64,000 nt of DNA. It comes from an uncultured Gemmatimonadales bacterium. Its GTDB lineage: Bacteria; Gemmatimonadota; Gemmatimonadetes; Longimicrobiales; RSA9. The stretch spans positions 1,120,001 through 1,184,000 of the forward strand of contig CAWCUS010000006.1 in NCBI GenBank assembly GCA_963798845.1, read 5' to 3'. Every line of letters begins with the position of its first letter. The first letter of the stretch is position 1. The translations under genes were made by a program, and so were the position numbers. The notes beneath the pieces were generated by a model. The model was not told the origin of the DNA, made no database searches, and saw only the letters and a program-made list of their open reading frames with translations. This document shows positions 48,182 to 56,880 of the stretch, piece after piece.

Positions 48182-48196
48182 TGGCACCGCCTTTGC
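48182..48196 (+). promoter_or_regulatory. Sigma54 promoter
   Basis: TGGCAC-CGCCT-TTGC, an exact consensus match. Confidence 0.65.
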
Positions 48197-48248
48197 CCCT
48201 TCGGCTCCCGGGAACGTACAACACCACACAACAGGAAGTTGCACGCGC

Positions 48249-48536
48249 ATGCCAGAGCAGCACGAGAAGTGGCGTCGGATCCAGGAGGATGGTGCGGAGT
48301 GGGAGGCGAGGACGGTGCCGGGTCCGCGGCAGATGGAGCCGGGGCTCGAGGGCGACGAGGAGATTCTCGAGTTCGTGTGTCTGGACGGCACGCGGAAGGC
48401 GCGGCGCCTGGCGGTGGGCGCCGGCACGCTGGACAGCATGGACCGTGAGGCGCTGCACCGGGCCTACCGTCGCGCTCGCCCCATCGCCGGGGACCACTAC
48501 GGGAGGCCCGGCAAGCCGGCCAGCGACGCGACCTGA
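48249..48536 (+). CDS. Small hypothetical protein (95 aa)
   Basis: MPEQHEKWRRIQEDGAEWEART...; AGGA upstream; coding-like codon usage. Confidence 0.65.
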   Translation: MPEQHEKWRRIQEDGAEWEARTVPGPRQMEPGLEGDEEILEFVCLDGTRKARRLAVGAGTLDSMDREALHRAYRRARPIAGDHYGRPGKPASDAT

Positions 48537-48579
48537 GCGTATCTGGCACGACGCAGCGCGCCCGCTACATTGACGGGCC

Positions 48580-49758
48580 ATGAACACCATCACATTGATC
48601 GGTCCATCGGGCGTGGCCCACCTCGAGTGCGGCCAATGCGGCGCCGTGTACGCGGACACTGAACAGCCCTGGCGCACTTCCCCCTGCTGCGGGAAGCCGC
48701 TGCTCGCCCGATACGACCTCGCTCCGCTGCGTGGGCGGCTCACCCCGGCCACCCTTCTGGGCCGCGCGCCCGACATGTGGCGCTACGCGGAAGTGCTCCC
48801 CGTTCGCGACCCGGAGTACCGGCTCACCCTCGGCGAAGGATTCACGCCGCTGCTCGACGCTCCGCGGGTGGCCGACGCCCTCGGCATCGATCGTCTCTGG
48901 CTGAAGGACGAGGGGCAGAACCCGACCGGCAGCTTCAAGGCCCGCGGGCTGGCCATGGCCGTGGCCCGGGCGAAGGAGCTCGGCGTCGAGGCCGTGGCGA
49001 TCCCCTCCGCCGGCAACGCAGGCTCCGCGGCGGCGGCGTACGCGGCGGCCGCGGGGCTCCCGGCGCACGTGGCCGTGCCCTCGGACACGCCGCGTCCGAT
49101 CCTCGAGGAGATCCGCGCGCTGGGCGCCGACCTCCAGCTCGTGGACGGCCTGATCACCGATGCTGCCCGCCTGATCGCGCAGGGCGTGGAGCGGCACGGC
49201 TGGTTCGACCTCTCCACGCTGAAGGAGCCGTACCGGCTGGAGGGCAAGAAGACCATGGGCTACGAGCTCGTGGAGCAGCTCGGACGCATTCCGGACGTCA
49301 TCATCTATCCCACCGGAGGGGGCACCGGCCTGGTCGGGATGTGGAAGGCGTTCGACGAGATGGAGGAGCTGGGCTGGATCGGCTCGGAGCGCCCGCGCAT
49401 GATCTCGGTGCAGGGCGCCGGCTGCGCCCCCATCGTGCGGGCGTGGGACGAGGGCGCGGAGAGCGCGAGGCCGTGGGAGAACGCGGAGACCTGTGCCAAT
49501 GGTCTGCGCGTTCCCAGCGCCATCGGTGACTTCCTGATCCTGGACGCCGTGCGCAGCTCGGGCGGCGCGGCCATCGCCGTTGCGGATGACGAGATGCTGG
49601 ACATGGTGCGACTGATCGGCCGCAGCACGGGGGTATTCGCCGCCCCCGAAGGCGGCGCCACGGCGGCGGCCATCCCGCACCTCCTGGAGCGCGGGCTGAT
49701 GCACCGCGGTGAGGAAGTGGTCCTCTTCATCACCGGCAGCGGCCTCAAGTACACCTGA
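48580..49758 (+). CDS. thrC: Threonine synthase with N-terminal Zn ribbon
   Basis: MWRY, LGEGFTPL, NPTGSFKARG, SAGNAG, EGKKT and PTGGG. Confidence 0.88.
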   Translation: MNTITLIGPSGVAHLECGQCGAVYADTEQPWRTSPCCGKPLLARYDLAPLRGRLTPATLLGRAPDMWRYAEVLPVRDPEYRLTLGEGFTPLLDAPRVADALGIDRLWLKDEGQNPTGSFKARGLAMAVARAKELGVEAVAIPSAGNAGSAAAAYAAAAGLPAHVAVPSDTPRPILEEIRALGADLQLVDGLITDAARLIAQGVERHGWFDLSTLKEPYRLEGKKTMGYELVEQLGRIPDVIIYPTGGGTGLVGMWKAFDEMEELGWIGSERPRMISVQGAGCAPIVRAWDEGAESARPWENAETCANGLRVPSAIGDFLILDAVRSSGGAAIAVADDEMLDMVRLIGRSTGVFAAPEGGATAAAIPHLLERGLMHRGEEVVLFITGSGLKYT

Positions 49759-50953
49759 TGGCGGTCGGCCATTACGTCCGTCGGCTCATGCCCCAGCTCG
49801 ACGCGCGCTGGGTCATCGCCATCGCCGTGGTGGTCGGCGCAGTGGTGGGGCTGCGCAGCCTGGGCGGGGAAGGGCCGGCTCCGCCCCTCGACCTGCTCGC
49901 CCTCGACGCGAGCGGCAACTTCGGCGACACCGTCGCCATCCCGGGGACCTGGGCGGACACCGGCAGCGCCGCCCACGACATCGCCGTGCGCTTTCCCCTC
50001 ATCCTCGGAATCCGCAACGAGGGAGACGACAGCGTCACTCCCGGCCGGCTCGATCTGAGCCTCCCCCTCCGCTACCGCCTGGCCGTGTCCGGGGGCGCGC
50101 CGCTCACAGCCGAGGCCGATCCCGGCTCGCCGCTGGTCACGTATCGGCTCCGGCCCCGGATCGGCGCCGTGCCGCCCCACCGCATGCCCGCCCTCATCCC
50201 CGACACGCTCTGGCTCGAGGTGCTCATGCCCGCGTTCTACTGCGTGGCCGTGGCGGACTCCATCCCGGCTTTCGTCCCCGCTCCCCCCCGGCGCTGCCCG
50301 CCCTGGCCAACGTCCTGATCTTCTACGCCTTCAGCGGCGGCGACCTGCGCGCGCGCCGCACCGGGGTGCTGTCGGTGCGTCTGGACAGCTCGGCGCTGCG
50401 TCCGCCTTCGGCGCCCCAGCCGCCGTCGTACCCGGTGGAGACCGGTGCCGCCGCGCACCCGCCGCTCGGGGCGCTCACGTACGTCGGGAGCCGTCGCGCG
50501 CTCTGCGGCGCGCCCGAAGACCCGATGGAGCTGCTGAGCAGCGTGTGGGCGACAGAGGACGGGGGTCGCTTCTACACGCTCGACTACGGCGGCCGCGTTC
50601 GCAAGCGCCTCTACGACCTGGACGGAGACGGCGTCATCGAGCGCGAAAGCTGGGATCCCGACGGCGACGGGCGCTTCGACACCACCCGCCGCACCCGACT
50701 CCCGGTCCCGGGCTTCCTGGTCCCGGTGCCCGCCGAGCCCACGCCCCCGGACACGCTGGCCGGGGACTCCGCTCCGGCGCCCGCCCCGGCGCCAGCGCTG
50801 GGGCTCGAAAGCGCGAGTCGGCCGGACAGCACGGCGCGGCCCGACAGCTCGAGCCTCATCCGCCGGCCGGAGGGCGCGGCGCGGTCCGACAGCACGCGTC
50901 CGGTGCCGCGGCCGGACACGCTGCCGCCCGACACCGGCGGCGTCGGAACGTAG
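49758..50953 (+). CDS. Membrane-anchored hypothetical protein with DxDxDG loops; apparent frameshift in C7 at 50283-50289
   Basis: ORF 49758-50318 switches to the frame ending at 50953 (...PAFVPAPP / PALPALANVLIFY...). Contains DLDGDG and DPDGDG. Confidence 0.6.
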
Positions 50954-50992
50954 TTTGCCCCCCGGTATGGCGGACCCCAGACCGAGGGAAGC

Positions 50993-51391
50993 ATGAACGA
51001 CAAGGAACGCGATACGATCCGGGACCGCCTCCTGGAGGAGCGTGAGGAGCGGCTGGCGCTGCTGGCCGAGATGGACGAGCGCTTCAAGGAGGGGCTGGAG
51101 ACAGGCGACGACGACCTGAGCCACTACCCGCTCCACATGGCGGACGAGGGCACCGACACCATGGACCAGGAGAAGGAGTTTCTCCTCGCCAGCCAGGAAG
51201 GGCGCCAGCTGATCGCCATCGACGATTCGCTCCGCCGCCTCTACAAGGACCCCGAGTCCTTCGGCACGTGCGAGGAGTGCGGCGGAGAGATCTCCATGGA
51301 ACGCCTGGACATCGTGCCATGGGCCCGGCTGTGCATCGAGTGCAAGCGCCGCGCGGAGCAGGAAGGCGGCGAGGCGTCCGGCGCCCGGTGA
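50993..51391 (+). CDS. TraR/DksA-family C4 zinc-finger protein
   Basis: HMADEGTD coiled-coil tip and FGTCEEC..I..ERL..PWARLCIEC. Confidence 0.9.
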   Translation: MNDKERDTIRDRLLEEREERLALLAEMDERFKEGLETGDDDLSHYPLHMADEGTDTMDQEKEFLLASQEGRQLIAIDDSLRRLYKDPESFGTCEECGGEISMERLDIVPWARLCIECKRRAEQEGGEASGAR

Positions 51392-51615
51392 CCTGGCTGT
51401 TCGCTGCCGGCGCCCTGATCGTGGCCGCCGCCTGGTGGACCGGGCGACGTCGGCTGGCCCGGTTTCGGGGACACGGCCGCCTCACCGACGACACGATCCG
51501 TCGCATCGAGGCCACCGGGCGCATCGAGGCGGACGAGCCGCTCGACCTCGAGGAAGCCGCCGAGGAGGAAGAGCGGTTCTGGGAGGAGAGCTGGGACGAG
51601 CCTGAGCCGTGGTAG
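51388..51615 (+). CDS. Small membrane-anchored acidic protein
   Basis: GTGA overlap; N-terminal TM and acidic tail ending EESWDEPEPW. Confidence 0.65.
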   Translation: MTWLFAAGALIVAAAWWTGRRRLARFRGHGRLTDDTIRRIEATGRIEADEPLDLEEAAEEEERFWEESWDEPEPW

Positions 51616-51849
51616 CGGGATGAGCGCTGCGATCACGTCCCTCCATCACCCGGGAGGCGTCGGGGCCGCGTCCGCGCACCGAACGCTCGCTGCGCTCGCT
51701 GTCGAAGCGGCGCTGGCGCGCCGCTCGCCGGAGGCGGATTCGAACCATGGCGGGCCTCTGGCCGCCGTGGCCGCGCGCTGCCCGGATTCGAAACCCCGAT
51801 CGATCCTCGGCCCGTTGTGACCGCTCCCACTCCAGCCTACCTTCGCTCC

Positions 51850-53157
51850 ATGCCCGCAGCCACATTCGAAGCCCGCCGCCGCCGCGTCCTGGATGCCGTC
51901 GGCGAGCATGCCGCCATGATCCTCCCGGCCGCCCCCCAGGTGACCATCGGGCGCGACCTCGAGCTCCGCTACGCGGTCGATCCCGACCTCTGGTACCTCA
52001 CCGGCTACCCCGAGCCCGAGGCCGTGGCCGTTCTGCTGCCGGGAAGCGATGCGCCGTTCACGCTCTTCGCGCGCGAGCGCGATCCCGAACGCGAGGTCTG
52101 GACCGGGCCCAGGGGCGGGGTGGAGGCGGCCACCGAACGCTTTTCCGCGGACGCCGCCCACCCGATCGGCGAGCTGGCCCGACGCCTGCCGGAACTGCTG
52201 AACGATCGCGACCGGATCTTCTTCCGGCTCGGAACCGGCCGCGCCGACGTCGAGCGCCTCGTCCTCGACGTCCTCCGCGCCGGCCGGGCCGGTCGCCAGC
52301 GCAAGGGAGCCGGTCCCGCGGAGCTCGTGGACCCGGGCGTCGTCCTGGACGAGATGCGGCTGATCAAGGAGCCCGGCGAGATCGACGCCCTCCGCGACGC
52401 AGTCCGCATCACCGTCAATGCCTTCCGCGCCGGGCTCGCCGTCGCGCGCCCCGGTGCGGGGGAGTGGGAGGTGGAAGCCGCCGTGGACGGCGCGTTCCGG
52501 AGCGCCGGCGCCGACGGCGTCGCCTTCGCCACCATCGCCGCTTCCGGACCCAACGCCACCATCCTCCACTACACCGCCAACGACCGGCGCATGGCGGCCG
52601 GGGACCTCCTCCTGCTGGACGCCGGCGCTCGCCACCGCATCTACAACGGCGACCTGACCCGCACGATCCCCGTCGGCGGCGCGTTCTCCGGGCCCCAGCG
52701 CGACGTGTACGACGTGGTCCTCGCCGCCAATCGTGCCGCCATCCACGAGGTCCGCCCGGCCGGCTCCGTCGACGACGTCCACCTCGCCGCCGTGCGCGTC
52801 CTCGTCCAGGGGATGATCGACCTCGGCCTCCTCACCGGCGAAGTCGAGGCGCTGGTCCACGACGACAATGCCGTCAAACGCTTCTATCCCCACAAGACCA
52901 GCCACTGGCTCGGGCTCAATGTCCACGACGTCGGCACCTACGCCCGCGCCGGCACACCCCGCCCCCTCCAGCCCGGCATGGTCCTCACCGTCGAGCCAGG
53001 CCTCTACATCCCTGCCGACGGCGACGACGTCCCAACCCACTTCCGCGGCATCGGTGTCCGCATCGAGGACGACATCCTGGTCACCGATTCCGGCAGCGAC
53101 GTCCTGAGCGCCGCCCTGCCCGTCGACGCGCGAGAGGTCGCGGCCCTGGCCCGGTAG
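51850..53157 (+). CDS. pepP: Xaa-Pro aminopeptidase (M24B)
   Basis: YLTG..EP, LHY, DAGA....Y.GD.TRT, H..SHWLG..VHD, TVEPGLY and GVRIEDD. Confidence 0.92.
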   Translation: MPAATFEARRRRVLDAVGEHAAMILPAAPQVTIGRDLELRYAVDPDLWYLTGYPEPEAVAVLLPGSDAPFTLFARERDPEREVWTGPRGGVEAATERFSADAAHPIGELARRLPELLNDRDRIFFRLGTGRADVERLVLDVLRAGRAGRQRKGAGPAELVDPGVVLDEMRLIKEPGEIDALRDAVRITVNAFRAGLAVARPGAGEWEVEAAVDGAFRSAGADGVAFATIAASGPNATILHYTANDRRMAAGDLLLLDAGARHRIYNGDLTRTIPVGGAFSGPQRDVYDVVLAANRAAIHEVRPAGSVDDVHLAAVRVLVQGMIDLGLLTGEVEALVHDDNAVKRFYPHKTSHWLGLNVHDVGTYARAGTPRPLQPGMVLTVEPGLYIPADGDDVPTHFRGIGVRIEDDILVTDSGSDVLSAALPVDAREVAALAR

Positions 53158-53167
53158 CACGCGCCCC

Positions 53168-53386
53168 CCCCTCTGCGCGCCTCCGGCGCGCCCCTCTGCG
53201 AACGAAGTGAGCCCCTCTGCGCGCCCCCGGCGCGCCCCTCTGCGAACGAAGTGAGCCCCTCTGCGAACGAAGTGAGCCCCTCTGCGCGCCCTCCGGCGCG
53301 CCCCTCTGCGAACGAAGTGAGCCCCTCTGCGAACGAAGTGAGCCCCTCTGCGAACGAAGTGAGCCCCTCTGCGCGCCTCCGGCGCG
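53168..53386 (+). repeat. Two-unit composite hairpin array (B-A-B-AA-B-AAA-B)
   Basis: A = CCCCTCTGCGAACGAAGTGAG (21 bp, six identical copies). B = CCCCTCTGCGCGCC-TCC-GGCGCG (23-24 bp, four copies with small variations). Confidence 0.92.
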
Positions 53387-53425
53387 CCCCCCCTGAAACC
53401 CACCCGCCCCCGCTCCCGTATGACC

Positions 53426-53476
53426 TTGACGGCGGACTGAACACCGTTTAGACTGGCGCGCCTGAACACCGTTCAG
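53426..53476 (+). promoter_or_regulatory. Promoter with two TetR-type operators
   Basis: TTGACG(53426-31)-N17-TAGACT(53449-54). Operators CTGAACACCGTTTAG (53437-51) and CTGAACACCGTTCAG (53462-76). Confidence 0.8.
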
Positions 53477-53517
53477 CGCTGGCACCTCGCTCGACAGGAC
53501 CACCGGATGACGACCGC

Positions 53518-54186
53518 ATGAGCACGACAGAAAAGGATGCGCAGCGCGACGATCTCAGGAAGAGGATCGTGGAGGCGGCGCGGGATATCGTCGGCGATGA
53601 AGGGCTGGACGCCCTGTCGATGCGGGCGCTGGCGGCGCGGATCGGCCATTCGCCGGGGACGATCTACCTGCACTTCCAGGACAAGGAGGAGCTGCTGCGG
53701 AGCGTGATGACGGAAGGGTTCCGGCGGCTGGGCGAGGTGATGGAGCGGGAGCTGGGGGTGATGCCGGCGGATGCGACGGCGATCGAGCGGTACGCGGCGA
53801 CGGGTCGTGCGTACGCGCGATTCGCGGTGGAGAACACGGGCTACTTCCGGGCGATGTTCCAGATGCCGCGGGTGCCGGCGCTGGCCGGGTGTCCGGCGGT
53901 GGCCGCGGACCTGACGGCGATGCACGAGGGATCGAAGTCGGTGGTGGTGTCGCTGGTCCGGGAAGCGGCGGCAGCGGGTCAGGTGAGCGTGGCGGACCCG
54001 GAGCGTGCGGCGGTGGTGGGGTGGGGGCTGATCCACGGGCTGACGTCGCTGTACGTGAGTGGGCACCTGGGCGCGCAGGCGAGGACGCACGAGGAGTTCA
54101 TGGATCTGGTGGAGAACGCCATCGAGGCGCTCCGGCTGGGGTGGAGGCCACGGCCGGAGGTGACGGGAGAGCGAGGCGCGGCATGA
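53518..54186 (+). CDS. TetR/AcrR-family regulator (WHG-like C-terminus)
   Basis: LSMRALAARIGHSPGTIYLHF.DKE and WGLIHG. Confidence 0.92.
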   Translation: MSTTEKDAQRDDLRKRIVEAARDIVGDEGLDALSMRALAARIGHSPGTIYLHFQDKEELLRSVMTEGFRRLGEVMERELGVMPADATAIERYAATGRAYARFAVENTGYFRAMFQMPRVPALAGCPAVAADLTAMHEGSKSVVVSLVREAAAAGQVSVADPERAAVVGWGLIHGLTSLYVSGHLGAQARTHEEFMDLVENAIEALRLGWRPRPEVTGERGAA

Positions 54187-55673
54187 GCCAGGTAGCGAAG
54201 CGGCTGCTGGGGAGAGCGTTCCTTCTGGAGCTGGTGGTGGTGGTGGTGTGCATGGGCGCGCGTCCGTCGGGGGCGCGGGCGCAGGCGCCATCCCGACCGG
54301 CGGGCGGGGCGGTGGCGGGGTCGCCGGAGGTTGCTTCGGCGGCTGCGGCTGCTCCGTCACAGGGGCGGGTGCTGACGCTGGCGCAGGCCGTGGCGACGGC
54401 GCTGGAGCAGAACGAGACGCTGGAGGGGGTGCGCTGGACGCTGGAGGGGGCGCAGGCGCAGGTGCGTGAAGCGTGGGGAACCATGCTGCCGCAGGTGAGC
54501 TTCAGCGCGAGCTACACGCGGAACCTGGACGTCCCGCAGTTCTTCCTTCCTGCGATCTTCTTCGACAGCACGGCGGCGCCGGGCGACGTGATCCCGGTGC
54601 AGGGTGGGTCGGACAACTCGTGGTACGCGCAGGCGAGGGCGGACCAGACGCTGTTCAACCCGGCGGTGCTGCTGGGCGTGGGCGCGGCGCACCGCTACAC
54701 GGCTCTGCAGCGCGAGGTCGTGCGTGGCCAGGCGCAGCAGGTAGCGACGGACGCGCGGCTGAGCTACTACGGCGTGCTGCTGGCGCGCGAGCAGCACCGG
54801 CTGATGTCGAACAGCGTGGAGCGAGTGGCGCAGGTGCTCGAGGAAACGCGGAAGCTGAATCGGGCCGGGCTGGCGTCGGAGTACGATGTGCTTCGGCTGG
54901 AAGTGGAGCTGTCGAACCTGCAGCCGAACCTCACGCGGTCGGCGAACGCCGCGGAGGCGGCGAGGCGGGCGCTGGCGGTGACCATGGGCGAAGCGTCGCT
55001 GGACGGGGTGGAGCTGGCGGGATCGCTCCTGACGCAGGAGCTGCCGGCGCCACCCACGGCGGAGCTGGTGGCGAACGCGCCGGCGGACCGGAGCGACCTG
55101 CGCCAGCTGACGCTCACGCGGGACCTGCGGGAGACGGAGCGGAAAGTGGAGATCGCGCAGTACCTGCCGCGCATCACGCTCTTCGGGACGTGGACCACGC
55201 AGGGGCAGGGAAACGGCAATCCCACGTGGTTCGGCGAGAACCGGTTCTCGGCGAAGGCGGTGGGCGTGGAGGTGAGCGTGCCGCTGTTCGGCGGTTTCCA
55301 GCGTCCGGCGCGGGTCGGCCGCCTGAGCGCGCAGGTGAACCAGGCGGCGTCGCAGCTTGCGTACGCGGCGGACCAGGCGGCCAACGAGGTGCGCACGCTG
55401 CTGGACCAGGCGAGGGAGTCGTACGACCGGGCCGTGGCGCAGCGGCGGGCGGTGGATCAGGCGCAGCGCGGCTACGAGATCGCGCGCAAGGAGTACCGCG
55501 CAGGGATGGGGAGCCAGCTCCAGGTGACCGATGCCGAGCTGGCGTTGCGGCAGAGCGAGTTCAACTACGCCCAGGCGGTCTACGACTACCTGAGCGCGCA
55601 GGCCAGGCTGGACGTCGCCATCGGGCACGTGCCGCTGGTCGATGACGAGGACGGCGTCGCCCTCCGGGGCTAG
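54183..55673 (+). CDS. TolC-family outer membrane efflux protein
   Basis: Signal region, OEP repeats and VSVPLFGG. Confidence 0.9.
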   Translation: MSQVAKRLLGRAFLLELVVVVVCMGARPSGARAQAPSRPAGGAVAGSPEVASAAAAAPSQGRVLTLAQAVATALEQNETLEGVRWTLEGAQAQVREAWGTMLPQVSFSASYTRNLDVPQFFLPAIFFDSTAAPGDVIPVQGGSDNSWYAQARADQTLFNPAVLLGVGAAHRYTALQREVVRGQAQQVATDARLSYYGVLLAREQHRLMSNSVERVAQVLEETRKLNRAGLASEYDVLRLEVELSNLQPNLTRSANAAEAARRALAVTMGEASLDGVELAGSLLTQELPAPPTAELVANAPADRSDLRQLTLTRDLRETERKVEIAQYLPRITLFGTWTTQGQGNGNPTWFGENRFSAKAVGVEVSVPLFGGFQRPARVGRLSAQVNQAASQLAYAADQAANEVRTLLDQARESYDRAVAQRRAVDQAQRGYEIARKEYRAGMGSQLQVTDAELALRQSEFNYAQAVYDYLSAQARLDVAIGHVPLVDDEDGVALRG

Positions 55674-55680
55674 ATCGGAG

Positions 55681-56880
55681 ATGGAGATCATGAAGCGGAT
55701 CGTGGGACTGGCGTTCGTGGCGACGGCCGGTATGGCCGTGCTCTCGCTCCCGGCGTGCGGGCGGGCGGGTGGCGCGGAGGTTCGGGAGGCGGTGGCGTCC
55801 TCGCCGGGAGACGCTCCCATCCGGCTCGTGAACGTCGAGACCGTGGTGCTCGAGCCGCGGCCGTTCACGAATTTCGTTCGCATCGTCGGCACCGTGGAGG
55901 CCGAGCGCGACGTGGTGGTCACCGCGCAGGAGGGCGGCACCGTGGAGGCGCTGGTGGCGAAGAAGGGCGCGCGCATGGCCGCCGGCCAGGCGCTCCTGCG
56001 GATCGACGACGACGTGCTGCGCGCGCAGCTCGAGCAGGCCGTCAGCCAGGCCGCGCTGGCCGAGGAGACCTGGACCCGGCAGCGTCAGCTCTGGGAGCGC
56101 GACTCCGTCGGCACCGAGATGGCGTATCTGCAGGCCAAGTACAACGCGCGCACGGCCCGGGCGCAGGCGCAGGTGCTGAGCGAGCGCGTGGACCGCGCCG
56201 TGGTGCGCGCCCCGTTCGCCGGGATCCTGGACGACCGGATGGTGGAGGTCGGGAGCACGGTGCCGGCCGGCGCCCCCGTCGCCCGTGTCCTGGACGTGGA
56301 CACCGTCAAGATCGCGGGCGGAGTCCCCGAGCGTTTCGCGTCCGACGTGGCGCGCGGCACCCCCGTGACCGTCACCGTGGACGCGCTGGGCGGCCGCGAG
56401 TACGCGGGCACCATCGACTTCGTCGGCTCTGCCGTCGACGGCGGCGACCGCACGTTCAAGGTGGAGGTCCACGTGCCGAACCCGGGGCTCGGGATCAAGC
56501 CCGGGATGGTGGCGAACGTGAGCATCGCGCGTCGCGCGCTGGACAGCGTCCTGGTCGTCGCCCGGCCCGCCGTGCTGCGCCGCGAGGCCGGCTACGTGGT
56601 GTTCGTGGCGCGCCCCGATGGGAATGGCGGCTGGCGCGCCGAGGCGAGGCCGGTGGTGCCGGGCCCGTCCGGCGAGCAGGAAGTGGTGATCACCGGGGGC
56701 CTGTCCGCGGGCGAGCGCGTGGTGGTGGTGGGCCAGCAGCGCCTGGCGGACGGCAATGCGCTCCGGCTCGGCGAGCCCGGGACCGTGCGCGCGGCGGCGA
56801 CTGAGACTTCTGCGCCCGCGCCGGCGGACCCGGCCGCGGGGGAGTCGACGGCCGGAGGAACACCCGGAGGTGAGGGATGA
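55681..56880 (+). CDS. RND efflux periplasmic adaptor (MFP)
   Basis: Lipobox LPAC, VRAPFAG and IKPGM. Confidence 0.9.
   Translation: MEIMKRIVGLAFVATAGMAVLSLPACGRAGGAEVREAVASSPGDAPIRLVNVETVVLEPRPFTNFVRIVGTVEAERDVVVTAQEGGTVEALVAKKGARMAAGQALLRIDDDVLRAQLEQAVSQAALAEETWTRQRQLWERDSVGTEMAYLQAKYNARTARAQAQVLSERVDRAVVRAPFAGILDDRMVEVGSTVPAGAPVARVLDVDTVKIAGGVPERFASDVARGTPVTVTVDALGGREYAGTIDFVGSAVDGGDRTFKVEVHVPNPGLGIKPGMVANVSIARRALDSVLVVARPAVLRREAGYVVFVARPDGNGGWRAEARPVVPGPSGEQEVVITGGLSAGERVVVVGQQRLADGNALRLGEPGTVRAAATETSAPAPADPAAGESTAGGTPGGEG

Noticed and set aside
51720..51800. tRNA or tRNA fragment (GGTTCGAATCC on the minus strand)
   Set aside because: The T-stem pairs for only 2-3 bp, and no acceptor, D or anticodon arms can be built.
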